A stretch of DNA of 63,737 bases, counting the filler, from Collodictyon triciliatum (Eukaryota): assembly GCA_043381765.1 (NCBI GenBank). It is 7 parts of 7 records of this genome, joined end to end, with 100 filler letters (N's around TTAATTAATTAA, not from the genome) between each part and the next. Parts side by side here need not be neighbours in the genome. Positions count along the whole stretch, not along the records: positions 1 to 12,892 come from JBHJMP010000699.1; 6 more parts are not named here. One strand, given 5' to 3'. Made by a program: the position numbers and the translations under genes. How positions within the stretch are numbered: the first letter of the stretch is position 1; each line of letters begins with the position of its first letter. Below, one piece after another: positions 1 through 12,892 of the stretch. Below the pieces are notes generated by a model. That model was given only the letters and a program-made list of their open reading frames with translations, did no database searches and had not been told where the DNA came from.

Positions 1-155
<155 letters not shown>

Positions 156-492
156 AAAAAACAAAAAGGGACTCTAAAACAAACTTCGCATGCCGAGGAC
201 AAGTAGCTTTGAGAGTGTATTGTTTTCTTTCCATGCCTGACGGGTTCATGAGAGGTTGAATGCTGAGGGAGCGTAATCCGCTCTAGCCCGGCTCTAAGTG
301 GGCCCGCTAGCAAAGTAGAGCCAAATGAAAAAAACATGGCAAAAGGGATGGAAAACAACAGAGTACGCCATACAAGTAACATTCCGATACTGAACGTTGA
401 CATTCACTAAACCTCTGGACAACAAAATAAACTCTTATCACGCAAGATCACGCGAGGAAAAGAGAAAAGAAAAGAGAAAGCGAAGGGAGAGG

Positions 493-3014
493 ATGTCGTG
501 GATTCGCTACCAATGCGTAGACGCACCGGAATCCCGAGGCGGACACAGCGCAGTTGTTCTCGGCCGCAAACATGTTGTCATCTTTGGAGGAAACGCGGAT
601 CCACGAAGGCAAACACAGGCCGCCGACGCAAACGGAGCCCGACGAGGCTGCATTCTTCGTGACGCGAGGGTTCTTGACTCAGGTTTCTTAGATGGCCAGA
701 TCTCTTTGCTTTTCATCACAAAAGCCTATGATTGTGCTTCCATACCGCTGTTATTCCATTCTATACGTCGCGGCTTTGGCTGGATCGCCACCAGACGCAG
801 TCCCGTTATTATTTTATGCCTCGGCCTCGCCCTCGGCCTTATGAACTCATACCTTACAAAGAGACAGTATGCATTGAGCAGCAGAGGAAAGGATCGTGTG
901 TGTTTAAGTTGCTTTGCATACCTCAATCTGCTCAATGCCACTTCACTCGCAGCAACTATGACCTGGGCAAGCCTCGAAGCGGTCGGCCAAATACCGACGG
1001 CTCGCTATGCGCATGCTGCATCGCCCCTTGGAGATGCGATGATGGTTATACACGGAGGTCATGACGGAGAAAAATGGTTAGATGACCTGGTTGTCCTGGA
1101 AATAGGTTTAGCTGACATCATGCAATACCCACTTCTTTAACTTATACAATCTACATAATTATCGTTTATCTAGTTCAGTTCATGACATTTTATAATGGAA
1201 TATATGAACAGGCGTGTCTGGGACACCAAGATGGATTTATCCTGTCGCCAGTGGACAGCCTCCCGGCGCGCGCCACGGACATACTTTGACTGAAATTGGG
1301 TCAAAGATTCTGCTTTTTGGGGGTTATTGCAATGAAATGTACTTCAACGACGTATTTATTTTGGAATTTAATGCAGGTACACGTCTTTATGGTTTTCTTC
1401 TTCTTCTGCTATCTTTGTTCATTTACTCTTTTTATTACCTAGATATGGATAGTCTATTTAGCCTTGAATATTCTTTATCGTCTTCGAAATGAAAACAGAA
1501 TCCAAAAAATAGTCATTTGTATTTATTTTTTTTACAGTTATTCAATTTTATACTCTTCACTGCCAAAGATAGAGCTCGATGGACAAAGTGCATCACAACT
1601 GGAACTCTACCTGCCCCGCGCGCATACCACACAGCTACACTTATCGATCGCAGATATGTAATCGTGTACGGCGGAAGGACATCAACCGGGCAGTACCTCC
1701 AGGTTTGTAATCATGCCAAAATGCTTCTGATTAATCATAAAAAATTGTTTACGTATTAGAAATGCAGCTAATCAAGGAGTAGTATAATATTGTCAAGTAA
1801 AACACACCAATGAACATAATTCAAGAATTGAATACCAACCAACGTATTTCATTTTACAGGATAGTGCTGTTCTTGATATAACGACTATGAACTGGAATTA
1901 CCCAAAGTTCGAGAACACGCCACCATCTGCCAGAGCACATCACAGCGCAACTCTTTGCGATACGAAGCATGCTTAAAACACTTTATCATCAATTATATTC
2001 ATCGTCCAAAACAATCCAGTCGCCTCGATAAGTATAAGTGCCTTTACACTTATCCTTTTTTTTTTTTTAGGCTTCTCATCATTGGAGGGCAGAGCAGTCC
2101 GACAAATTTCTTGAGTGATATACACATGCTTCATAATGGTAAATATCATTAATACTATCTTAAATTTTATTCAAAAGGAGATTTACCCCCAAAACGATAT
2201 CCTACAGGTAAGTGGCACGAGGTCACATTTTCTGGAATACCGCTTTCACCTCGTTCTCGTCATACCTCATGTCTGGTCAAAGGAAATAATCTGATAATAT
2301 TTGGGGGCTATGATGGAACTTCTTGGATGAATGATGTATTCGTCGTCGATATGGGTAATCAATCTGCGACCTAATTTTCGTATGAAAATGATTTGCAAAA
2401 AGAAAAGTACCCAGAATTTCATAAATTACCTCATACCATAAATTATAACCCCATTTTCATGTGTCGCTTAGATTACGCCCAACAAAAGACAGAGCTGAGT
2501 GCACTAAAAAGCAGAATCGAAATGCTTGAAGGGAAAAATCTCAGCATATTAACTTTGCAAGAGGTTCAAATTGATTTTCTCATTGATTTTTCTGTGTTTT
2601 ATACCCATATAACCTAAAAACTTGTAGATAAATCAATAAAAGAAAGGGAATTAAATTATATTAGAATGTTGAATGCATTTTTTTCCAAATAGTGTAATAA
2701 TAATAATGACATGACTACTCACAATAGATTGAGGAGTTGGAGGAGACATATCTTCGGTGTATAAAGCTGATTGGCAAGGCAAAAGTGGGATGTCTTTAAA
2801 AAAATATATATCGTGCAATTTTGCCAATAATTAAAAGTCAATATGCTTCTGAGGATAATACAAAACGAATAATGTAATCTAGTATGAAGCCATCCGCAGA
2901 GATGTGGAGCAGAAGGGAATCCCAACGATACCGCATTCACCCTCTGTAAAGACATCGTCAAGTTCATCCCCTCTCCTGTTGAGGCCATTGGGAGGGCAGT
3001 CGGACATGAAATAA
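493..3014 (+). CDS. Kelch-repeat beta-propeller protein with C-terminal coiled coil; multi-exon
   Basis: Spliced exons give repeated Kelch motifs: SRGGHSAVVLGRKHVVIFGG, TARYAHAASPLGDAMMVIHGG, GARHGHTLTEIGSKILLFGG, APRAYHTATLIDRRYVIVYGG, SARAHHSATLCDTKLLIIGG, SPRSRHTSCLVKGNNLIIFGG. Introns include 683-952 (GT-AG) and 1967-2070 (GC-AG). Stop TAA at 3012-3014. Confidence 0.88.
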
Positions 3015-3239
3015 ATTTATCCCTTATCTACATCGCTTTGACTCAAATGAAGGAATAATAGTCCCATACTCCTACATACCCATGCAGGTATTGGATATTT
3101 ATCTGTTTGCTATCTTATCACCGGTATCTTTTAAAGAAAGAAAATAATCATTATCGTCTGACTAACAGGAAGCTGTATGTATGACGGACGCGACAAAAAG
3201 CTGCTATCCTTCGCCTGGCTGCCTCGCTTTGGCGCGACC

Positions 3240-3314
3240 TCCCAAACTGCGCATCGCTTTTCCAGATATGGATATAATCTAGATTGTATCCATATGCGGA
3301 TGTAGTCCCAAACT
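3240..3314. repeat. 30-bp near-perfect palindrome (3266-3295) flanked by a 9-bp direct repeat TCCCAAACT
   Basis: ATATGGATATAATCT|AGATTGTATCCATAT pairs at 14 of 15 positions (one T-G). TCCCAAACT occurs at 3240-3248 and 3306-3314. Confidence 0.8.
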
Positions 3315-3993
3315 CGTGCAATTTAAATTTTCTTTTATTGTCTGGGGCGTCGTGGCTATCGTGATCAACCGGAGCCGCGTCGCAGATTATTTTCCAGTCG
3401 AAAGAACTGGCGATCAAAAGATAAGCAGTAGGCACGCCGATTCTCCCTAGCCAAGCGTTAAGTTGCGCAGAATCAAAATGAGCCTGGATCAAACCTCCAG
3501 CAATCAAACGCATTCTGCCCCAACCGATGTGTTCCATCTTGGCCTCCTCTGGTCTGCTCTTTGATCTTTTCGTCTTCTCTCAGCCTTGCACCAGAAACCC
3601 CCGCATTTACCTACTTGGCTTATCGTTACTGGCTTTCGATTGCAGTCGTTCTGTATGTTTTTTTTTTTTAGCTCAGGCAGTGTGCGATCTGAGTTGCTTG
3701 CTTCGGGCCCAAATCCTCCAACAAACTGTTCCTGTGTCACAATGCTCTGTACCACACACGAAATCGCTACAGAACTTTCATTATGAGGCACTCACAAACA
3801 AAGTCACAGCCTCCTGATGAAAACAAGCCATATCTTCTGAATATGCGGGGCAACCTGTTCCTTGGTTTAAAACAGACCTATTTATGCCGCTGTTTTTTTT
3901 CTTTTTCCTTTGCTGCGTACAGAAAAAAAAAGAGAGAAAAGAGAAAAGGTAAAGGCCTCGTGCGCCCCTTCCAAGCCGCTTCACTCGTTCGAA

Positions 3994-4121
3994 ATGTCCA
4001 CCTCGCAAATCCTCGGCAGCCGCGTTTCTGTCATCACCCGCACAAACATTCGCTATGAAGGTGTAATCCAAAGCATCGACCAAGTAACACGAAGTTTAAC
4101 CCTTCAAGACGGTACTATTCA

Positions 4122-4165
<44 letters not shown>

Positions 4166-7049
4166 CTTTTTTTTTTTTTTTTTGTTTTTTTTTTAGTTTA
4201 AATTNNNNNNNNNNNNNNNNNNNNNNNNNNNNNNNNNNNNNNNNNNNNNNNNNNNNNNNNNNNNNNNNNNNNNNNNNNNNNNNNNNNNNNNNNNNNNNNN
4301 NNNNCATAGCAGTCATTCCCAACCCCCCCCCAACAAAAAAAAAAATTTATCCCTAAAAAAAGCAAATTTCCCCTCTTTTTTTTTTTTTTTTTTTTACTTA
4401 TTTCTAGTTTTAGTTTCTCACTTTTAGGATTTGGGCTTTTGTTCAGCTGAAAATTCAGATTTCTATGGCCCTTTCTGTCAGACTGTGCTTCATATTTTCT
4501 ATTTCATTTTTTTCTCGAAAGCACACATATTAAGCCTTTTTTTTTTTTTTTTTTTGCCGCAACACAGTTCGCATCCATGGAACCGAAAATCGTCAACCGC
4601 CCAGTGGCCAAGTCGTCCCACCTTCTGCAGAAGTCTTTGACAGCATCGAATTCAACTCGGGCGATCTCAGCCACTTGGAGATCATTGAGGCCGTCCCTCA
4701 AGCACCGGTCAATACTTTCCCAGCCTCGGTCCCCACAACTCCCGCCGCTACTCAGCCCAATCCCGTGGCTGACCCGCCGGTTTGTCCACCAGTCTCTCAG
4801 CTCTGAAAAGAAGTTTTTTTTCATATCCCCCTTACTGGGTTGGAGTTTCAGTTTTTTTAAAGCATTTAATTCAATTACATTTTTTTCTCATACACTTATT
4901 CCATATTAGCTGCCCAAGCCGACAGAACCGATGGTGCAGCAGCCTCCAATGATGCCGAATCCGCAAGCACCTATGCCAGGTTATGGAATGCCGTACGGAA
5001 ATCCAATGGCCTATGGATACGGTCCGATGGGCTATCCCGGCCCCATGCAAGAAGTAATGCAGAATCACTACTTTCAATCTTATCTGCAATATCTTCATCG
5101 GCAAAAGGCCACTCCCGGGGGATATCCTTATCCTCCGATGAATCCCTTCCAGGTGAGTCACAGTCCATATAGCTTATCTAAAAAAAAAAAAAAGAAAGGA
5201 AATTGAACCCTGACATAATATTTTTATTGAACTTCAACGATATGCCTCGCATTCGACCCAATGGAACACCTGATCAATCTCTTCCGCTCATCGAACAGAA
5301 TCCTGCCTTTGAAAATTATATGGCGATGTACTCTCAACAACCAAGTATGAATCTAAATGGTATGTTCTTTCTAATTGTATATCTTTATGGTTTACCGTAT
5401 CCGCAAATGGTGCCTTCCTGTATTTGGTATGTATTCAATCAGGATATGTTTTACATCAGAATATGATACGGCCAACACCACTGAGGCAAAGCCTCCTGCA
5501 GCCACATCTGCAGCTCCAGCGTTCAATATGCCAGTTCCCGCACCTCCCCCATCCCTCTCACAGCCAGAAATTCCGACCTCTGCCATACCAACATCGGGAA
5601 ACCAGCCGTCAGCCTCTCCGTTTTCCAACCCGTTCTCCAATCCATTCTCCAAAGTAGAGGAAAGCCTTTCAGCTCTCTCCATTGCGGAGACCACTTCTCG
5701 AACAATTGAGCCTACCCAAGTTCCATCGCTCTCAACAAGTACTGTTCTGCAAACCGCACCCATCGCCACGCCCGCTGCTCTCCTTACTGCATCCTCCAAA
5801 GTAACTGCATCCTCCAACGCTCCCACTCAGAAACCTGCTGTGCAGCCCACTGTAGAAGAGAAACCCGAACCATCACCAGCTCCAATAACGGCTTGGAACA
5901 AACCAACTGCGAGTGTAATAACTACCAATGCAGCTCAGAGCGCCACCGAGACGTCGACGAAAGCAGAGCCGTTGCAGAAGGAGGCACCAAGGGCAAGCAA
6001 TCGCTCGGTTTTTGACCCTCCCAACAAACAACAACGCAACTATTCTTCCTTCGCAGGTCGCTCAGGTTTTACTTTGTTGTATAATTATCACTTATTTTGT
6101 ACGTTTGTTTATTTTATTCCTATCTTCATCCAGACCGACGTCATGAGGGAGGCTCGCATCACCATTACCACAATCACCATGGTCATCGCAGCGGCTCATC
6201 TAATTATAACTCATCTGGATACAATTCTCTACCAGTCGCGCGGGAATCTACGCCCTTGGGTGACTTTGACTACGTGGAGTCCACAGCATCATTCGATAAG
6301 GAGAAATTCTTTGAGGACATCAAAGTATAGCTATCTAACTTCTGGGGTTCTGCATCTGATTACAATATCTTCATTTAAGTAGCAGAGCAGAGAAAAAATA
6401 AAGTTGATATCAAACCACAAGTTGAGTTGTACTTACCGTGATTCTATTCCTTTTTTCTCATAAGGCCAAAGACGAAGAATCGAGCTTCACCGTCAGCACA
6501 GCTCCGTCTACTAATGTTTACCAAAAGTCGTCGTTCTTTGACAACCTTTCGGGCTCACAGAATCGTCCGGACGAGAACCGCAACCGCTTCGACCAGCGCC
6601 GTATGGACGTGGAAACCTTTGGGCAACAAAACTACAGCCATCGCGGTGGATATCGTGGAGGCCGCGGTGGGTATGGAGGATATAATCGTGGACGAGGCGG
6701 TTACAGCCATGGAGGAGGCCGCAGCTCCACCCAGACAGGCAGCTCAGAAGGATTTGGCGGGTCGTCCCAGCAACAACAATATGGCTCATCCTCGGGTCAA
6801 AGACAGAACGGCCTCGTGCCTCGCGGAAGGGCCAATGACCAAGGATTCCGTGGAGGACACAGGGTATATCATCGCACTGAAGTGCCTAATCCATGCTTTG
6901 TCTGCCTTCTGTTGAAAAATCTTTCACAAGCAACATTTTCATTTAACATAAGAAAGCAAATATGGCTGAATTGCTTATCTCTGTTGGCCGTCACTTAACG
7001 TAATCACAAAAATGTACCTTTTTTTTTTCAGAGATTCACTACGGATTAG
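3994..7049 (+). CDS. LSM14: LSM14/Scd6/RAP55 P-body translational repressor; multi-exon
   Basis: N-terminal LSm14 domain (ILGSRVSVITRTNIRYEGVIQSID...VRIHGTENR...VFDSIEFNSGDLSHLEI), then a Pro/Ser/Thr linker, FDF-like DFDYVESTASFDK, FFD box YQKSSFFDNLS, TFG box RRMDVETFG and RGG tail. The last short exon 7032-7049 is inferred; the unspliced stop is at 6998. Confidence 0.93.
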
Positions 7050-8072
7050 GTCAATTGTGTGGAGTGATTTGTTGTCCTTCATCGCCCGAGTCTTCTTGTC
7101 CCTTGTCATGTGTCTCGCTCGTTTCTCGTTTCATCTCCCTTTTGTCGCTTCCGTCGTTTTCCTCTCACTCCCTCCACCTCACACACCTCTGTGATGGGAT
7201 TTGTGATTGAAAGGTCATGTAACCGAAACGTAGCGCGCGTGTTTGGGCACAAAGGAGACACCAAAGTTCTAGGATTTCTCCATGTGATCCACTCGATATA
7301 ATTCATCCTTTTGTCGGCCGATGTAGATTAAGCACAATAATCCGCCAATAAAATATGCAACCGCGAAATGTCCTCTTGCTTCTGCAGTCTGCGGGTGAGT
7401 TTGTTGGCTCCTCCGTCGGTGCTAAAAAAAAAAAAGCAGTTAGAAACACGTGTATTCGTCATCATTTCTCATCGCACCAGACAAAACCACTCTCACTTCA
7501 AGATGAATTTCGCTTGGTGGTGAGATATCTCATCATCATTGCCTTAAAGCAGATTATGAGTCAGCTGTACCGCTCATCCGCAATACTGGACACGCAGCAG
7601 ACACATCTTTTTTTTTTTTTTCTTGTGACACCCGCCATGGAGACGGATTGGTAATGGCCTTGTGCCTTTGTTTTATTGAGCCCATGGAAATCGATACCAC
7701 TTGCGATGTGCGCGCACAAACGACGGCGGATGCGTATAGTGTCCAGGCAGGTGGGGTTGTGTGCTTCTGAGCTCCGAGGCCTGCTCAATATGCATTTTTG
7801 CTCATCAATCTGTTTCTTCGGGAGTCTCTGGTGTTTCCACCTCGATACCGAGAGAAGGAAGGGATAAAACCATAATCATATATCCATCGAGTCACTTGGA
7901 TTTGGCAGGTTTGTGAGCACTATTGGGTGCATACCGAAGCCATAGTAACAGCGCCATCCCCCTCTGCGCGGCAAGAATATCATATATTTTAAAGAGGGTG
8001 AGCGCCCGATTTGGCTGAACAAATCATATCACAGCCGCAGATGCCCCTGTGGCGCACTGGCTTTAATGACCG

Positions 8073-8230
<158 letters not shown>

Positions 8231-8320
8231 ATGTTGTCTTTATCTTATATTTTTTTATTCTTAGTTCTTTTGGTCATTGCTTCATCAGAAAAAAAGAAAA
8301 TGAAGAAAATGAAAGAAAGG

Positions 8321-11300
8321 TTATTGGGGGTTGGCAGAGAAGGCCGAGACCGACTTTTGCGAAAGACTCGTGGCATAGAAAGTGTCGTCGAGTCCGAAGC
8401 AGGCGCCCAGGCAGCCGTCCAAGAGGATGCGGTGCTGAACTTCTCCCTGGTAGTTGTAGAAAACAATTGTCCCGGTCTTATTCTCGCAAACACCAAAGAC
8501 ACCCGGATAGGCGCGGAATATATGCGACCAGGCCTCGACACTTGTTGGCACTTCCAGCTTGATTTCTTTTTCGAAAATACCGTCCTTTGAAAAGATGCGG
8601 ACTCTGTCAGAGCCGGCACAAAGAACTAGGAGCTTGTCCTCTTCATTAACGCAGACGCCATTGACAAGCGAGCTGATGGAGCCGCCACTTTCGCTCGCGC
8701 TTCCAATGACAGAGACAAATGCGCCCTTCTTGTCGAACTTCTGGACCCTTTGGTTCCCAGAGTCGGCCACGTATAGGTTTCCTGTACTATCAAAAGCAAC
8801 CGAGTATGGGCGATGGAGCTGGCCGTTCTCTTTACCCTTCTTTCCGCCGATGGTCTCGACAAGTGTGAGCTGGCCGGTGAAGAGCTTCACAGAGTGGCCT
8901 TCGCAGTCTGCAACCGCAATAAGACCGTCGTTGGAGATAGCGATTCCTCTTGGCCCGTGAAGAGCCTTTGGGATGATGAGTCCGGTGTGGTGGGAGGAAA
9001 TATGGCTGAGGTCTTTTCTAAAGATATGGACTTTTTGCGAGTCTTCATCCGTCACATAGATGTTACCGTTCTGTGGATGCACGCAAACCGCCCACGGACA
9101 CTCGATTCGAGGATTGCCAGTCGAAGAGTCAATCATGGCGTAGGAATTTGTGTTGATGCTTGCAGGCGGGGTGGTGATCGAGTGAAGCGACTCTGCTTCC
9201 GTCATGACCTCTTCTGTCACCGCTCCTTCTGCTTCCCCAGCAGTACTCAGGCCAAACATGAATGTCTCGTTCAGCTTCTTGAGGTCGTCCAGGATGAATC
9301 GCTGGTCTCTCGAGACGATGCTAAGTGGGGCAATCTCAATTGGTGTATCGTATTTGGAATAAAGGACTTGGTTGGCGAAGCGCAGTGCGTTGCCCATCTG
9401 AATCAGGGAGCGCTCGCCTTCGGGCTTTTCAATCAGCTTTTGCAGGGTTTGCTTGGCGATGCGGATTCGGTGCATTTGATCATGTAATTTTTTTCTGAAA
9501 ACACTGCAGCGGCTCAATTACAGACTGGTTCAAGGCATCGAGCTAGTTCGTTTTAAATTTTAGCTATATGCATTTTAATTATTTTTTTTCCTCCAAAAAA
9601 CAAGAACAAACGGAGATATGTAAGATGTGAATATTATACATTTCTCTTCGTTTCTTTCTTAAATTGTTCGATTTGTGCCTCGATGTCTTTGACAAATTCC
9701 TCGAGCTCCATATTTTTCCGCTCGTGTTGGTCAACGGCCTGAATTTTTTTTTTCGCGATTTTATAAATTAAATTTAGAAGCTCGCTTTGATTATTTTTGT
9801 AGGTAATCTTGGTATTGCTATTATTTAATATGTATTTATTGTTAACATTTCATTATTTTAATTCTTTTATAAATAACTATATAAAAACGAATTTTTGTAT
9901 TCACCTCCTTTATATTTCGCTGAATGTATTCAATATCTGGCGCAAGTATGTACTCTGCTGTGCAAAGTTCTTGAAATTTAGATGCGATCAATTTGTCGGT
10001 AGTGAAACCCTGCTGCTTCAGAGAAATCCTTAGCTTTTGATGACCTTCGTCTTCGAAAACACACTCAACGCATTTAAAAGGAGATTCTGCGCAAGAAGGG
10101 CAGAAGAATGCTATTTCACTTTGGTGAATCAAACAGTTATCTGACTTCTTTTGATTCAACAATGCTCCAAACTCTAATGGCCTATCAATATATAAAAATT
10201 AAAATGTAAAACTAGCACAATTTAAGTACAGCTTGATAATAGGCAACCAAAAAATGAATAGGAAGAGAGGTAAAAAAATAAAATAAAATAAAGAAGCCAA
10301 ATTCTTACTTGATCGTGTGATCCTCTAATGATTCTAAATGTAGTTCGCCGTGAGCCTCACAGTAAATCCCCTTTTCACCACAATTTTCGCAATAATGGGT
10401 AGCGTCCTTCTGGCATTTTCTTCCTTTGCATTCCGGGACTTTGGCGATTTCTTCATTCAAGGTTATTTCTAGCCCTGTGTTTGCCCCCGCCATAGGAGAA
10501 GGGTCGTATTCGAATGGTTTTAGCTCATGGGCTGTATTCTCATCTACATAAGCAGATTCAAGACACACTGGACATCGAAGCGGAGGTCCTTCTTTCGAAA
10601 ATGTGGTGGCTATCTTGATACAAGCGGAGCAAAAAATATGCTGACAGGGCAGAAAACACGGATTAATGTATTGACTATTGCACATGAAGCATAGTCTTCC
10701 ATCGAGACAGGCGTCGATCTGGACTCCAATATCGCAATCTTCTGACTCTCTCTAAAAGATTAAAAGAAAAAGGCCAAACAGTCGCATGGAATCTTTTTAT
10801 ATAATATTTTCCTTTATTCGACTCAAAGTAGAGATGGCTTATTAAAATAAAAATTACTGCGGCGTTGCCAGTGTCTATTTGAAGAGTTTGATATTGTTCT
10901 TTCTGGCGGGTGGGTTCTAGTTTCATGTCTAACTTACGCCTTCTCTTTTCTTGGTCTATGAGATATTATAAACGATTTTAGAGAAAATAGTAATGAGAAA
11001 AGAATAAGGAAGAAAATGGACTAAAAACGCTGATAAGATTCACCTCTAATGGACACATTTCTACAGTATCCATTCCCAAGATCATAAAAATATATCTTTT
11101 CAACGCAAAAGTTGCCTTTGTAATGGAACACTTCAAATGTGCTGTGTTTTAAATAGTTGAATTCAGTGTCTTTCTTTTGCAAGCATAGTCCAGGTGAAGA
11201 ATGATGGATGATATTAATTATGGAATTGGCTTACTTCTCAGCAGTGGAGAGTTTAACTTGAAACACTTCTCCTTCTGCATATGGCTCATGTCCTATTTTC

Positions 11301-11586
11301 GTTTTATCTATTCGCTGATTATCAGTTTCTGGGGCAGGTATAAAATTATCCATGTATGTAATAATTTAAAACCTGGATGGAGAGTCCTTTTTGCCTGAGC
11401 GTAATGAACCTGTCATTCAAACATTTGTTGATATCTCGAGTATAAGCAAATGTATAAATCACATTAAAATGCCCAAGGAATCATGATAACGTCACCTACC
11501 TGTTTTTCATACATTATTATCTCTTGGGCCTCTTTTGCCTTACGAGATATGGCTATGGCGCTAACCTAGAATAAATGGGCCCCATT

Positions 11587-11655
<69 letters not shown>

Positions 11656-12381
11656 GTTGTAATAGTACTAGTAATAGTAATAATAATATGAACGTGAACA
11701 AGAACAAGAATAATAAGAAATATAAAGGAACGCGTCACTCACTGGCTCGTAGAGCTGCAGGGCGCGCAAATGTTTATGATCACCGCCAGTATTGCTCCAG
11801 CAGGGAAGATTAGTGATGCCACACGGCGCCCTCTTTATCCACTGACCGCAGTTATTGTTTATCCAGAGCCATTGCAGATTCGTGAGTGCGGTGATTTGTG
11901 ACGGCAACTCTGCCATCTATGGGCGCATCACTGTTAGTCGCGTTTTCTGCGGCTATGTCAAAGGACAGAATTGCCTTACCGGATTGACATTGACCCAAAG
12001 CACTGCAAGGCCAGTCAGGCACGATATTTGTGGCAGTAGCGACGAGAGCTGGTTGTTGGAAACGCCGAGGAAGGTGAGCGCCGCCAAGTATGATATCTCC
12101 CGAGGCAACGACGAGAGAAGATTGTTGCTTAAGCCAAGCTCCTGAAGACCCGTCAAGCACGACACATGCGATGTCAACGAGGACAATGCGTTGTTGTACA
12201 GCCTCAGCCGAACCAGGCGACTCAGCAGAAAGACTCCGCACGGAACAGACGCCAGTGGGACGAATTGGAGATCCAAGGACGTTCGGCTCCGCACTGTGGC
12301 AGCGTCGCGATCTCTGGTTATTGTCCGCAGTTCTTCAACAAGTGTGGCCTCGTCAGCCATAGCAGCAGAGGCCGGACGCAT
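8321..12381 (-). CDS. LRR - linker - RING(C3HC4) - B-box - B-box - coiled coil - NHL-repeat protein (LRR-TRIM-NHL E3 ligase-like); one apparent frameshift near 9488-9494
   Basis: GT-AG exons join in frame: 12381-11980, 11916-11743, 11565-11500, 11409-11373, 11328-11235, 11141-11044, 10955-~10857, then the RING/B-box exons. Motifs: LRR (LRLYNNALSSL, LGLSNNLLSSLP); RING CFMC..CQHIFCSAC..CPVC; B-boxes CKGRKC..YCENC..YCEAH..H and CLIH..FFCPSC..KCVEC..H; NHL (GPRGIAISNDGLIAVAD, GQLHRPYSVAFDSTGNLYVADSGNQRVQKF). The domains are clear; the single-gene join is inferred. Confidence 0.75.
11584..11690. repeat. intronic (AAT)/(AATGAT)n microsatellite
   Basis: Direct tandem repeat inside intron 11566-11742. 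Confidence 0.9.
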
Positions 12382-12892
12382 GAGGACTCTGAGAGGCGGC
12401 TGCGCGGTTAGTTTATCGGCTGTGTGGGAGGCCAGAGAACGGATTGATCATCCATGACAACCCGTTCCCAACACATGTCACTTTGCCCCAGACAGAGGAG
12501 AATCAGACGTAAGCGCTTACTCATATTCATCGCACTGAGAGAGACAATATTGAGAGGGGCAGTAAATAGATACGATAAAATAAAAGCGTAGAAAACAAGG
12601 AAACGTCTCTTTTGCTGATAAATAAACACACTGGGAGAAAAAGCACATTCTCCGGAAAATAACAGTGTTGAACTGGCGTTCTTTCCTTTCTTCTTCCTAA
12701 ATCACCACACTCTGTTCAAAAGTTGTTTAAACCGATCAAGTAGCTAACACTACCTAATCAAAGAGAGAGAGAGGCGATCAAAATACTCTTGCTGATCTGC
12801 GACCCTGACCGCTCCTGAAGAAAAACCCTCTCAAGAGCTCGACTACCAGGTTTTCAACCAAGAACAATATATCGGAAAGTATCGTGTCCTTA

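Noticed and set aside
3151-3537. 128-aa minus-strand ORF
   Set aside because: No recognisable motif; it overlaps the palindrome and the probable UTR/promoter region between Kelch and LSM14.
7050-8070. Possible small gene or ncRNA between LSM14 and the NHL exon
   Set aside because: Some splice-like sites, but I could not build a consistent model or recognise an RNA motif.
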